DNA from: the human T2T-CHM13v2.0 reference genome, Homo sapiens
DNA length: 64,000 nucleotides
Assembly (NCBI RefSeq): GCF_009914755.1
Contig: NC_060936.1
Strand: one strand, 5' to 3'
Each line of letters opens with the position of its first letter. Position 1 is the stretch's first letter. The notes beneath the pieces were generated by a model that saw only the letters and a list, made by a program, of their open reading frames with translations, did no database searches and had not been told where the DNA came from. Below are positions 1 to 14,375 of the stretch, in pieces. Both the position numbers and the translations under genes were made by a program.

Positions 1-70
1 AGGCTGCAGTGAACCATGATCTTAACACTGCACTCGGCCCTGGGCAACAGAGCGACACCCTGTCTCTAAA
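1..70 (+). mobile_element. Alu 3' end (old, J-type)
   Basis: aggctgcagtga...cactgcactc...ctgggcaacagagcgacaccctgtctc followed by an A-rich tail. Confidence 0.8.
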
Positions 71-959
71 ATTAAACAAGGCAGAATGAACATGCACTCA
101 TCTGTGTTCCAAAGCACACTAAAATTAACCAAAGTAATATGGAGGCTTACACCCACAAAAACAAAGAAAGTGGAAGGAGTAATATGTTTTAGGAGAGAGG
201 GAAAGAAGGCAGAGACATGGAAGTGATTCCGCAGAGACACTCAAGCCCAAGTGTCCCCAGAGATCTCCCCCACTCATTCTCAGAAAGACTCAGGAAGTGG
301 TAGGAACACAGCAGGCCACTGAAAACAAAGGGACGGGTTGAAATTCTGTTTAAGAACAATTAGATTCCCAGGTTGCAATCCCTGCTCCTGCTCCTTGCAG
401 AAGACAGGAAGTGGGCTCTAAGTGGAAGCTGAGCTAGGAGAGCCCTGGAGGCAACTGGCAGATTGAGGAGGCAAGAGGGAGGGAGAGGAGGGTCAGGCTG
501 AAAGCAGGCACTGAGGGGGACTCTCCACCTGGATCCCCTTCCCCAGACCACCTCCCGGAAGACCGGCTATTGGGCTTCAGCGTCTGTACCTGCTGGGCCA
601 GAGCTCAGAGGCACCTGCTCTGGAGAGACCGAAGACTATAGGGAAAATCCCACAGATGTGCTGGCAACTGGAGGCCCCCAACAAAGGAGCCCAGCCTGGC
701 AGCCACAGCCAGCCTGCCCTGCAGACTCAGCCTTTCTGTGCCCTCTTCTTCAGCATACACAGGCAGTCCAGGGCTGCCAGACGTTTGAGGAAAGCCTCCA
801 AACGGACATATACCCTGACGTGGTGTGGGTGCGGCCGTCTGTCCCCACTAACACTCATGCTGAAATCTGTCAAGTCAGTCTGAGGAGCAACTAATTCAAA
901 TGACACGGAAAGGATGGAGGATTCCAGGAGGGCTCCAAGGTAAAAATGGAATTGGTCAC

Positions 960-1510
960 TGCTGTGGACTGAATTGTATCCCCACCAAAATGCATGTTAA
1001 AAAAATGTTTTTAAAGAACAAAAACAAAACAAAAGAAGCTGTGTATGGTGGTGTGCACCAGTAATCTTGGATCTTGCCAGCCACCAGGTACTTGGGAGGC
1101 TGAGAGGGGAGGATCGCTTGAGTTTGAGACCAGCCTGGGCCACATAGTGAGACTGCCCATCTTAACAAACAAACATATGTTGAAATCCTAACCCTGCCAT
1201 GTGACTGTACTACAGATCTGGCCTTCAAGGGTAAAGGAGGTCATAACGGAGCAGCCATAAGGGAGCAGCCCTTGTCCTCATAAAAGAGAAAGAGACACCA
1301 AAGATTTGTTTTTCTCCTCCTCCTCTTTTCTTGCTCCACAATAAGAACGCAGCCATCTGCAAGCCAGGAAGAGACCCCCTCCCCAGAACCAGAACCCTGC
1401 CAGAATCTGGATCTTCAACTTTCCAGCCTCCAGAATGGTGAGAAAATAAATTCCTGTTAAGTCACCCAGTCTATGGTATTTTACTATGGCAGTCCTGGCC
1501 GACTAAGACA
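960..1510 (+). mobile_element. MaLR LTR (MLT1/MST-type) interrupted by an Alu monomer-like fragment (~1035-1175)
   Basis: tgctgtggactgaattgt start; cagccatctgcaagccaggaagag; ccagcctccagaa..tgagaaaataaa; cacccagtctatggtattt; ends gactaagaca. Confidence 0.75.
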
Positions 1511-1847
1511 GGAGTTATCTGTACGGAAAATCATATTGAGAGGCCACTGGATGATGTGGGAGGAACTGGCATAGGTATATTAAAAACTAAACTAACTTTA
1601 AAAGGGCAATTATTAACTAGAGAAAACAGAATATTAAGACATATTGTTCAAGACAAAATTATGTTCAAAACATAATCATAACGCACTGGTTCACTCAGCA
1701 GAGACTAAAACTTAGAATTATATTTGAAGGATGGGGAACCGGAGGGAAAAGAGTTGGTAAGAAAGCCATCTCATCTACCGTAATAGGTAGGCACCAATGA
1801 CTTCAGCCTAATTTTTCTCAGACCACAGAGCTATGTTTAAGACTTTA

Positions 1848-2112
1848 GGCCGGCACGGTGGCTCATGCCTGTAATCCTAGCACTTTGGGAGGCCGAAATG
1901 GGCGGATCACGAGGTCAGGAGACTGAGATCATCCTGGCTAACACGGTGAAACCCTGTCTCTATTAAAACTACAAAAAATTAGCCGGGCGTGGCGGCGGGC
2001 ACCTGTAGTCCCAGCAACTCAGGAGGCTGAGGCAGGAGAATGACGTGAACCCGGGAGGCGGAGCTTGCAGTGAGCCGAGATCGTCCCACTGCACTCCGGC
2101 CTGGGCAAAAAA
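1848..2112 (+). mobile_element. AluY lacking its last ~20 nt before the poly(A)
   Basis: AluY diagnostics (gatcacgaggtcagga, atcctggctaacacggtg, ggagcttgcagtgag); TSD AAGACTTTA 1839-1847 / 2113-2121. Confidence 0.9.
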
Positions 2113-2250
2113 AAGACTTTAATAGAGGAAGTGAGTATTACTCAGAAAGATAAACTGAGAGAGACTACTCTGCCCAACTTCAAACTATGAAAATCTCTGG
2201 ATGGGCAAACAGGAAAAGCTAGCACAGCTGCCGTTAAGTTGTCCTTTTCA

Positions 2251-2493
<243 letters not shown>

Positions 2494-2947
2494 TTATTTA
2501 AGAGCAGTCTCCACACTTGTTACCAAATTTCTCCTTTTTTTCTGGGAAGCAGAGACCATGTTCTCTCCATCCTTCGCAGGTCCACATGAGGCCATACCAG
2601 AATCACGCACTCCATCTAGCGGCATTTAACGGCTGTAGCAGAATGCAGACCAGGAAAGCCCCTAAACCCAATCTCCCCTGCATTTCACCGTGGCGCCGAT
2701 ACCTTTCTAATACCTCTACAAAAGGCTTAGAGCTCTCTTCTCAAAGACCAGCACCCCTAAGATCAAGGGTGTTGCTCATAATGACTTTTGCAGCTTTCTT
2801 CTCCCACGTCTCTGCAATGCACATTCACAAGCCGAAGCTACTTCACTTTATCCCGTTGTGAAGTCCTGGAAAATCATGACGCACAGGCAGAGGACCATAA
2901 GCACAGCTTGTTTGGATAGCGCAAGTTAACATACACGTCCTTATCTT

Positions 2948-3244
2948 TTTTTTTTTTTTTTTTTCCCAGACAGAGTCTCACTCTGTCACCCAGGCTGGAG
3001 TGCAGTGGCGCGATCTCGGCTCACTGCAAGCTCGCCTCCCGGGTTCACACCATTCTCCTGCCTCAGCCTCCCAAGTAGCTGGGACTACAGGCGCCCGCCA
3101 CCACGGCCGGCTTTTTTTTTCTTTTTGGTAGAGACGGGGTTTCACCGTGTTAGCCAGGATGATCTCGATCTCCTGACCTCGTGATCCGCCCGCCTTGGCC
3201 TCCCGAAGTGCTGGGATTACAGGCGTGAGCCACCGCACCCAGCC
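2948..3244 (-). mobile_element. AluY
   Basis: Full dimer; 16-bp TSD TACACGTCCTTATCTT 2932-2947 / 3245-3260. Confidence 0.95.
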
Positions 3245-3833
3245 TACACGTCCTTATCTTACAAGTATCTTTAGTTTGCTTCTTAGTTCATCCTGGCCTC
3301 CATTTCCAGCACCGACCAGAGCCGCCACCTACTAACTTTTCTGGCCTCAAGACCTATGAGCTTTCTGTTTGGCTCCAGACAGGAGAGCTCTCTTCACAGC
3401 CACGGGGCTCTGGCTGGAACAGCTTCCCAGCACTGAGACCAGGCATTTCTCTTTCCTTGCTAGGCTAAGGTCTAAGAAAAACTCTGCTCCATGTTGACGT
3501 CATCTTTTTTTTTCTCCTCTTCTGAACCTAATTATCTGTGAGACAGTGATTCAAGGAAGAAAGGAGAAGTAAACGCTATCTGGAGGCCTGACTCTTCCAT
3601 CCTGGTTCCCACACCTCTCTCTTTGGAACTCACTTCTCCAAGCTCTTTGCCAGGTCTGTCTCTTCTAAGCACAAATGTTAGTAAGTCCCAAACCCATTTT
3701 ACTAATATTAGTAGATCGAGAGCCCATCTTTATAACTTTGGCCTCAATAAGACTAGTGATAGTGTCACTCTACGAGGGGAAAGGTAGTTGCCATGATGCT
3801 CTTCGGTTCAGGAGCAATTAAAATGACTACAGA

Positions 3834-3937
3834 TTGGTGGCAGTTTATGGATTTGCACAAGAAGAGAACTCACAGAACTAGCATTATTTTACCCTCTGTC
3901 TTTACAGAGGTATATTTGGCTGTTTTGTTAGACATTC
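3834..3937 (+). ncRNA. SNORA75: SNORA75 (U23) H/ACA snoRNA retrocopy, 5'-truncated, antisense to the helicase intron 1
   Basis: GTGGCAGTTTATGGATT...CACAGAACTAGCATTATTTTACC...GACATTC matches recalled U23; H box AGAGAA 3863-3868; ACA box 3932-3934, 3 nt from the end; A-rich tail; TSD ATGACTACAGA at 3823-3833 and 3969-3979. Confidence 0.85.
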
Positions 3938-6549
3938 TGGGGACAAGACAAAATGAAAAAAGAAAAACATGACTACAGAGGTAGAGGAATTATTACAAGA
4001 AGGGTAATTAAAAAATATGACTTACAATTCAATCCTGAGAGAGGGGTATGTACTGAAAAAGCTTTAACACATGAAGGAAAGGGGAGGAAAGGTACCTAAC
4101 AAATTTTTGAGTACCTCCTATGTGTTAAACACTCTACAGTGGTCTTTTGCTTTTATTATCTCATTTAATCTGTACAACACTATAAGGATACAGCTACTGG
4201 ATACTGATGCTTACAGAAATTAAATAATTGCTCAAACTCACAGCTAAAAAGTGGAAAACCAGGGATTCGAATCCAGGTCCAAATGACTGTGCTTTAGTGA
4301 AGCTCATCCAGTCGCAAGAGATATCCAGCATAAGTAAAGGGAGGTTCACTGAAGGGAGGTTCACAAACTGAGAGTAAGAATTGAAACTATCTGGGAAAGC
4401 CAAAAACAGAAGCAGACTAGAGCTGCAAGGCAGCTCGGACTTCAAGACAGCTCCAGGAACGTCACCAGCAAACACACACCCACGGGGTTCACTCTCCTGC
4501 TCAGCCAGGCGCCGGATACAGCCACAATCTCACTCCCTCAGCGCACTCGGTTTCTGCTTATCCCAAACTTTCGCTTACACGTGGCCTCATCAGCCCCTGG
4601 ACCTTTCAGCTTCAGCTCCCACTGCCAAGTAAAAAGTCTTCATGTCTCCTCGTTCTGAATCCCAAGACAAAAAGCTGACCAGCAGCTCCTCTCAAGACAG
4701 AGCACTGGTCAGCCTGAGACTGGTCTGGCTCCCAGCCTCATCTACTCAGCTCGGGCCTTGCACTTGCTGCTCCCCTTGGCCTGGAGAAGGAGTCCTCCTC
4801 AATATCCAGGCTTTGGCTCACCTCCTCAGAGAAGCCTCTCCGGCTGTCTGGCCGCTGGACAGTGGTCAAACACCACCCCCACTCCTCACCCCCTAGCTTG
4901 CTCTAAGTCACTTTTTAAAAATCACATTACTCTGTATTTAATTTATTCATAGCTCTTAGCACCATCTGAACCTATTTATTCTTCCTCACTGGAATATACA
5001 TTCCATAAATAGAGGAACCTTGTCTGTCTTGCTCTTCTCTGGCTCCAGGACTCAGAACTAGGTGCTTCAACACCTCATAGGCATTCAACAAAAATCTGAT
5101 GAATGAATGAGGAGCCAGCCAGACATCGGGGCTGTAAGTAAAGGTTTCTCTTCCGAGGCTGGGTAACGGAGGTCCCATGACTTGAATACCTATTAGTTAA
5201 ATGGCCAGTTCTTTAATGGTTTCAAACCGTTTTCAGATAACCCCACAAAAACCCTGTGTGGTATTTTTATAAGCTCTATTTTATAGAGAAAGAAACTGAG
5301 ACTCAGTAAACTTATATGACTTGCCCAAGGTCACTCAGCAAGTGCTTGAACTCAGGATTTGAACCACATCTGCCAGACCCCCAAGCCACCTGAAACTTTC
5401 TATCTCCTCACTTTTCCTCCCACCAGGGTAAGTGGGATAAAAAAGACAGATTTGGTGACCAAACTCTAGAATGACAACACTAAACAATACAGAAGAAATG
5501 TTAAGTATTATCTCACTTCCCCATCAGTGGTAATTATGGATCTCATTATTCCAGAAGCAGCACAGGCTAAATCATAGAGGTTTAGATAAATCTGAGTATA
5601 ACGGATTCACTAAGCCCTATTAAAAACATTTGCAGTGACTTGTTCAGCCCTCTTCAGGTTGGCTGTGTGGAGGACAACCATCACCTCCCAGTGCCAAGGC
5701 ACACACCAGGACAGCAAAGCTCACGCTCATAAAACGAGGTTAGAGTTGTGAAAGCACTTCAGGAACATATTAGTTCTTAACGTGTTCATTTTCTTCAGTC
5801 CCCAATTATCACTCATTACCGAGTACAGACTATTGTTGTGGGCTCAGTTGTGTCCTCCCCACATTGATCCTGGACATCCCAAGCCTCTGGGACTGTGAGA
5901 AAACACATTTCTGTGTCTAAGCCACCCAGTTTATGGTATTTTGTCATGGCAGCCGGGGCTGACCAAGACAACTATGTGGCAGGTGCTACCTACCGTATGG
6001 CCCTAAAATGTTTTAACTTCACACACCTGGAAAGCACCACAGCCCCAAGAGAAAAGCTTTTCCGCACTGCTGTTAAGCCAGGGCCACACACTGCAGTGCT
6101 GCGGTGCTCCACCAGCTGGAGGATGGCCTGGCCCATAATACCCGCATTCCCACCTTGCTCTGGCCCTGTGTCCCCTCCAACGTGCATCCTGAGCTCGCAC
6201 CCTGTGTGGAACCCAACCAGCTGCTTATCAACATTTAAGTCCACTTTTATGACACTTCCGTCAACAATCTGGTCAACTGCACTCATCCCTGGCCTCCGTA
6301 CTGTACCCTGCTCCGCCTCGATTCCCGCCCTGGGGGAATCTAGTTAGACTCACGCAGCTAACTTTATCGGCTCTGGGCTCTGATCGCCAAGTTTAGGATC
6401 CCAGCTGTATCCTTGCTAAAGTTAGTATCGCTGGGGCTCAGTTTCTGTAGGAGACAGGTGGGTTACAAGCGCTCACTCACTGTTGCAGTGTCTTATCTAC
6501 GTAACATAATCCATGAAAAGCTCAACACAGCTAGGCCAAATCTAAGACC

Positions 6550-7130
6550 CAGACACGCGGCTGCTGTTAATGCCCACTCCTGCGCACCGCCCCGTTCCAC
6601 CGCAGGCACAACCTTCCTAGGCCTGCCCCGTCCCCACACAGGGGTTCCCGCTTGTCAATCACGCTGGCCCGGCCCTCCACCTCCGGAATGTTTTCCCGCT
6701 CCGGACGGGCCACCCACCTTTGCAAACAGGGGTCCGGCGCCGGAACAGACGCCCAGTTTGCGATTTCACCAGTCTGCCCTTCCTCGTCCCGCTGCTCCTC
6801 GTCCTAAGGACCTCTGCTGCCACACAGCACTGCGCTCACCTTCTTCGCCGGCAGAATTGCTACGCTGAAAGCCAGGCCCCGGGAATCAGGGCAAACGCCA
6901 CTGAATTTGAAACTGGCGGGTCCCCTCAGTGAAAGGCTGCCGGAACAACCCCCGCCGCTGCGCATGCGCACTCCGGGACGCGCGCGAACACGCAGCAGCC
7001 AGAATCCACAGGGGCGTGGTTTGCGCGCGCAGGAACTTGGATCTCAACCCCAGGGCTAGGTGCCTCCTCCCGCTGCTTTCCGCCAGCTGCGGGGTGTGAG
7101 ATTAATCCCCGCCGATTAGCGCCAGGTGTA
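6550..7130. promoter_or_regulatory. CpG-island promoter with NRF1, ETS, CHR-like and E2F-like sites; probably bidirectional
   Basis: High CpG density; perfect NRF1 palindrome TGCGCATGCGCA 6959-6970; CCGGAA 6940-6945; TTTGAA 6906-6911; TTTGCGCGC at ~7020. DDX11 is known to have a divergent lncRNA (DDX11-AS1). Confidence 0.85.
6718..6950 (-). other. Exon 1 (5' UTR) of the DDX11-family gene with two alternative splice donors
   Basis: Consensus donors on the minus strand: GAAGAAG|GTGAGC (exon ends 6840) and TTGCAAAG|GTGGGT (exon ends 6718), inside a CpG island 4.3 kb upstream of exon 2. TSS position is approximate. Confidence 0.8.
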
Positions 7131-8144
7131 CTAATCCCTGGATGGTTCCCTGACCAGATGAAACATCAGCCGATGTTCTAATGCCCGTCCCCTGGGCACT
7201 GTCCCCGAGAGGGAAAACCTGTTTTCTGACCCCGGCTCTAGTCTGCCTCTGGAGATCTGCAGCTGGGTTATTTTACTTCTGAAACGGACGACATCTGCCC
7301 CGCGCACCCCAGCGGCTCCTCCACACGGAGAGATGGTGTCAGTCAAAGGCCGTCTAGATGACGAGTTTATGAAATTGTTCCTGGCCCGTGCCGGGCACGA
7401 CCTTGCAGAGAGCCCAGAAGATGAAACCCCAGCCCTGCCAGGAGCTCACCTGCTAATTAGGAGGACAACGAATCACCTCACCTCCCTAGACTTTGCTTCT
7501 CCTTTATTCAGTGAGGGATTGGACTAGCTGGTCCTTAAGGACTTTTCAGAAAGTCTGGTTCTGGGAGATGACCAATGGGATCATCTTATGCTATGAGCTT
7601 TCCTGGAATGACAGGTAATTGGTGCGCCTTCCCAGCAGGGTCAGGGAGAGTCGCTGGGACTTGAAGGGAAGGCTTTTGGGGAGAGGAGCCAGTGTTACAA
7701 ACTATCGAAAAGCTTGGAGGTGGGAAATTTGCGAAAGGTGATTCCAGGGTCAGCTTTTTTGTCACCTGCTTCCGACTTCGGCAGTTTGGAGAGGGCGAGT
7801 AATACCCTTCAGGGTTTTGGCATGTGGCCCAGCAAAATCCTTAGAGGGTCTTTGGAGTCGTAGTTTTAAGTTTAGAATTAATGGGCAGAGTATTTAAATA
7901 GCCATTTCTCCAAAGATGTATACAAATGGCCCACAAACTCATAAAAATGTTGCATTCCACCCTATAACATGTTTTTGCATAAAAAATTTTTAAAATAACT
8001 GTTGTCTGGTAAATTGACACCTCTGGAATAGAAGGTACGCTAGGTTTTTTACCCTACTGCTTCAAACCCCATTTTACACACACACTCCTAGGGTGTGAAT
8101 CATCCAGTTTAAGAAGCACCCTTGGAGAAACAGAAAGTTGATAG

Positions 8145-9685
8145 TGTGTCCAGAATTGATGAGTTCTTGGTCTCACTAACGCAAGACAGAAGCTACAGAC
8201 CCTCACGGTGTTAGTTTTATAAAGGCGGTGTGTCTGGAGTTTGTTCCCTCAGATGTTCCAATAGGTTCGGAGTTTTTTCCTTCTGGTGGGTTTGTGGTCT
8301 TGCTGGCTCAGGAGTGAAGCTGCAGACCTTCGCCTGAGCGTTACAGCTTTTAAGACGGCGTGTACTGGAGTTGCTCGTTCACCCCGGTGGGTTCGTGCTC
8401 TCACTAGCTTCAGGAGTGAAGCTGCAGACATTTACAGTGAGTGTTACAGCTCGTAAAGGCAGTGCAGACCTAAAAAACAAAAAGAACAAAGCTTCTATAC
8501 TCCGGTAAGACAATCCCAGTGAGTTACTGTTGCTGGCTTAGGGCAGCCTGTGTTTATTCTCTTCTCTGGCCCAACCCACATCCTGCTGATTGGTCCATTT
8601 TACAGAGAGCTGATTGGTCCATTTTACAGAGAGCTGATTGGTCTGTTTTACAGAGTGCTGATTGATCCGTTTTGACGGGGTGCTGATTGGTGCGTTTATA
8701 ATCCCTGAGCTAGACACAAAAGTTCTCCAGGTCACCGCTAGATTAGCTAGATACAGAGTGTCGATTGGTGTATTTACAAACCGTGAGCTAGACACAGAGT
8801 GCTGATTGGTGCATTTACAAACTTTGAGCTAGATACAGAGTGCCGATTGGTGCATTCACAATCCCTTAGCTAGACAAAGGTTCTCCAAGTCCCCACCAGA
8901 TTAACTAGATACTGAGTGCCAATTGGTTCATTCACAAACCCTGAGCTAGACACAGGGTGCTGATTGGTGTGTTTGCAAACCTTGAACTAGATACAGAGTG
9001 CCGATTGGTGTATTTACAATCCCTTAGCTAGACATAAAGGTTCTCCAGGTCCCCACTAGACTTAGGAACTCAGCTGGCTTCACCAAGTGGATGCGGCAGG
9101 GGGCAGTAGGTGGAGCTGCCTGCCAATCCCGCGCTGTGCACCGGCACTCCTCAGCCCTTTGGGGGTTGATGGGACTGGGCACCGCGGATTAGGGGGCGGC
9201 GCTCGTCGGGCAGGCTCCGGCCGCGTAGGAGCCCATGGCTGGGGCGCCGGCGGGCGGCTCAGTCATGGCGGGCTGCTCAGTCATGGTGGGCTGCAGGTCC
9301 CGAGCCCTGCCCCGCGGGGAGGCAGCTAAGGCCCGGCGAGAAATGGAGCACGGCAGCTGCTGGCCCAGGTACTAAACCCCTCACTGCCCCGGGCTGGCGG
9401 GCCGGCCGCTCCGAGTGCGGGGCCCGCCGAGCCCACGCCCACCGGGAACTCGCGCTGGCCCGCAAGCGCCGAGCGCAGCCCCGGTTCCCGCCTGCGCCTC
9501 TCCCTCCACACCTCCCTGCAAGCTGAGGGAGCTGGCTCCGGCCTTGGCCAGCCCAGAAAGGGGCTCCTACAGTGCAGCTGCGGGCTGAGGGGCTCCTCAA
9601 GCGCGGCCAGAGTGGGTGCCAAGGCCGAGGAGGCGCCAAGAGCGAGCCAGGGTTGCGAGGGCTGCCAGCAGGCTGTCACCTCTCA
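8145..9685 (-). mobile_element. LTR12C-type (ERV9) solo LTR, co-oriented with the helicase gene
   Basis: Minus strand begins TGAGAGGTGACAGC and ends CTGGACACA; 4-bp TSD ATAG (8141-8144, 9686-9689); tandem CCAATC/GATA repeats 8585-9020; AATAAA TATA-like box 8553-8558; U5 repeats GAAGCTGCAGAC; 1541 bp. Confidence 0.95.
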
Positions 9686-10437
9686 ATAGGACGTGAAGGT
9701 CGGTCGGGGTCTGGTTGTAGAAGGCTTTAAACAACAAGCTAATAAATTTATACTTCACACTGTAGACAAGTTGCAAGTCACTGAAACATTTTTAAACAGA
9801 GGAGTGGATTTGCAAATGCAGTGTCTTGGAAATATTAAGCTGGAAGCAGTGTGAAGGATGGTTTGGAGAGACCAGAAGCAAGCAGCCAAGTTGGGTTGTG
9901 CAGTAAACCAAGCAGTGCAGTAGAGGCTTAGACCTCAAGAGTGACAATAGACATGGAGAGGACAAAGGCCGTACCCACCAGGCTGTAAATCTGCATTGTG
10001 TCCCTCCATCCTCCCCTCGCTTCTGCCCTGGAGGCTTATATTTAGAGAGCTGTACTCCTAACGTGAGGCCCTGGGCTTTGTCTCAAAGGTAAAGGCAAAA
10101 GTTCCTTATGTGGACTACCTCTGCATTTGTTATTAAACAGCCTTAGATGATGCCATTAATTGAATGAACTCAGAGGCCTTCTTGATAAACTCTCAAAACT
10201 CAGGGCTTAGGAAGAAAAGTGCTTGTACTAATGTAGAAATATTTTCTATAACCGGACAGTAAGAGCTATAGAAACCCATTATGCATTCTTCTTTGCCTTC
10301 ACTGCTAGTGATCTCAGGGCTAAATATTGTACATTGTTTTAGTTTTCTTCGGCAAGCATTTTTTAATTTTGTTGTTGTTGTTCTCATTCCTTCTTGCTAA
10401 TTTTAAGTGCATTTTCTAATAAAGTCTGACTGCCTGG

Positions 10438-10756
<319 letters not shown>

Positions 10757-11019
10757 CTATGACTTAAGCCTTCTGAGTCTCTGCTTTTCTCACGAATAAA
10801 ATAAAGATAATAATAGGACCTATGTTCTAGAATTCTTATGAGATAAGTGAGATAATCCTGGTAACATAAAGGGCTTAACATCTTACATGTCATTGTGGAA
10901 GCTTAACAAATGGTAGCTATTACTGATATGAATTGGGTTTGGTTTCAGCGTTCCTCTGCTTTTATTATAAATTTCCTTAGATCCTCTTCTAGAAGGAGAG
11001 CATGTAGGAGGTACAAGTT

Positions 11020-11210
11020 TGTTTTCAACAAGCAATTCTCTCGGGAACTAAGAGTGAGAACTGAGTCACTTCTGCCATAAGGGCAGCAAGCCTTTCATGA
11101 GGGATGTACCCCCATGGTCCAAACATTGCCCACCAGACGCCACCTCCAACACTGGAAATCAGATTTCAACATGAGACTTAGGCCAAACAAACCACATCCA
11201 AACTGGAACA
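11020..11210 (-). mobile_element. MST (MaLR) LTR fragment
   Basis: ttcatgaggga..ccccatg..ccaaaca..cccaccag..ccacctccaacactgg..atcagatttcaacatgaga. Confidence 0.65.
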
Positions 11211-11649
11211 CCTAGGTAGTGGGAAAGGCTCATGAAATGTGCCTGTGCTATAAGAGAAAACATTATTAGAGACTAGATTGTTCTGTCCCCAAAACCCTAT
11301 ATGCCTCACTGTGGAACAGCGCAAGATGCACCCTAATAATATTTACTTCTCTGAACCCCAGTTTCTTGGATTATTATGTCTATCTTGATATGTTACTTTA
11401 GCTCATTAAGCCACACCGTAGCGGGGGTGGGACATGTTGTTTCTTCACATAATAGGTTGATGTACTTAGTCAAACTAAATTTTCAGTGGTGTTTGAAAAT
11501 GGGGGGACTAGAACTCAGGAAGGTGGTAAAAGCTGGATATATGGATTTGATCACCCCTGGGAAACAACAACAACAACAAAAAACATCTAAACTAAAGCTG
11601 TGGAGGTAGTAAGATTACTGAAAGGAAAAGTTTCCAAAAAGAAGGAGGT

Positions 11650-13700
<2,051 letters not shown>

Positions 13701-14375
13701 AAAAAAATGAGGAACAGAGAATGACCTTTAAGAAATGTCCACATTTGAAGATGGGAAAGGAAGAAGAGAGAATGATGAATCAGTGAAATAGAAGGCAGTT
13801 TACAGCTATCTGACCCAAAGGACAAAATGATCAACACTGAAATATAGTACAGTCAAGGTGAACACTAATTAGAAAAAAGTCTCCTGGGTGTGATCATTCA
13901 AAGGGCAACTGCACTGAGTTGAGTGTTAATACATTAGTTTGAACAAAACCACTTTGCACGGTGAAGATGACTCTAGGTGATGCGGTTAAAGGAGGAAACC
14001 TGGAGGGGCGGAGAGAAACAGGAGAGGAATGGACTTGAGGGTGGAAGGAAAGGAGACCATGCAAAGGAAGACCCTGGAGATACAGATAAAGTGAGAGGGC
14101 CACTTTTGCCTCTGCCTTTGACATTTCCTCCTGCCGGGTAGCCTGACTTGGTCAAGATTCTAAAAGTTACGAGATAAGGGGCCCCATAAATCAGACTAAG
14201 CTGGGGCAGCTGCCCTAAGAATGTGCAGCTAGGGACTGGTGGCAAGAAACAGACCATGGCAGGTTTGGAGAGATCCTCAAGGAGTCCAAGCCTGAAGTAA
14301 ATTGCAGTGGAAGCCAAAATGTCAAAGACAAAGTACAAAGCTAGGCTGAAGGCCAAGTGGACAAATGCCAATGCA

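Noticed and set aside
5895-6868. Two ~150-aa + strand ORFs in intron 1/exon 1
   Set aside because: Non-ATG starts, partly MaLR-derived or CpG-island sequence, antisense to the real gene
8575-9060. Regularly spaced repeats (gctgattgg, tagatacagagtg) that look array-like
   Set aside because: Normal LTR12 U3 tandem enhancer repeats; not CRISPR and not a novel array
9087-9679. Overlapping GC-rich ORFs
   Set aside because: Stop-poor LTR12 U3 sequence, typical of the family
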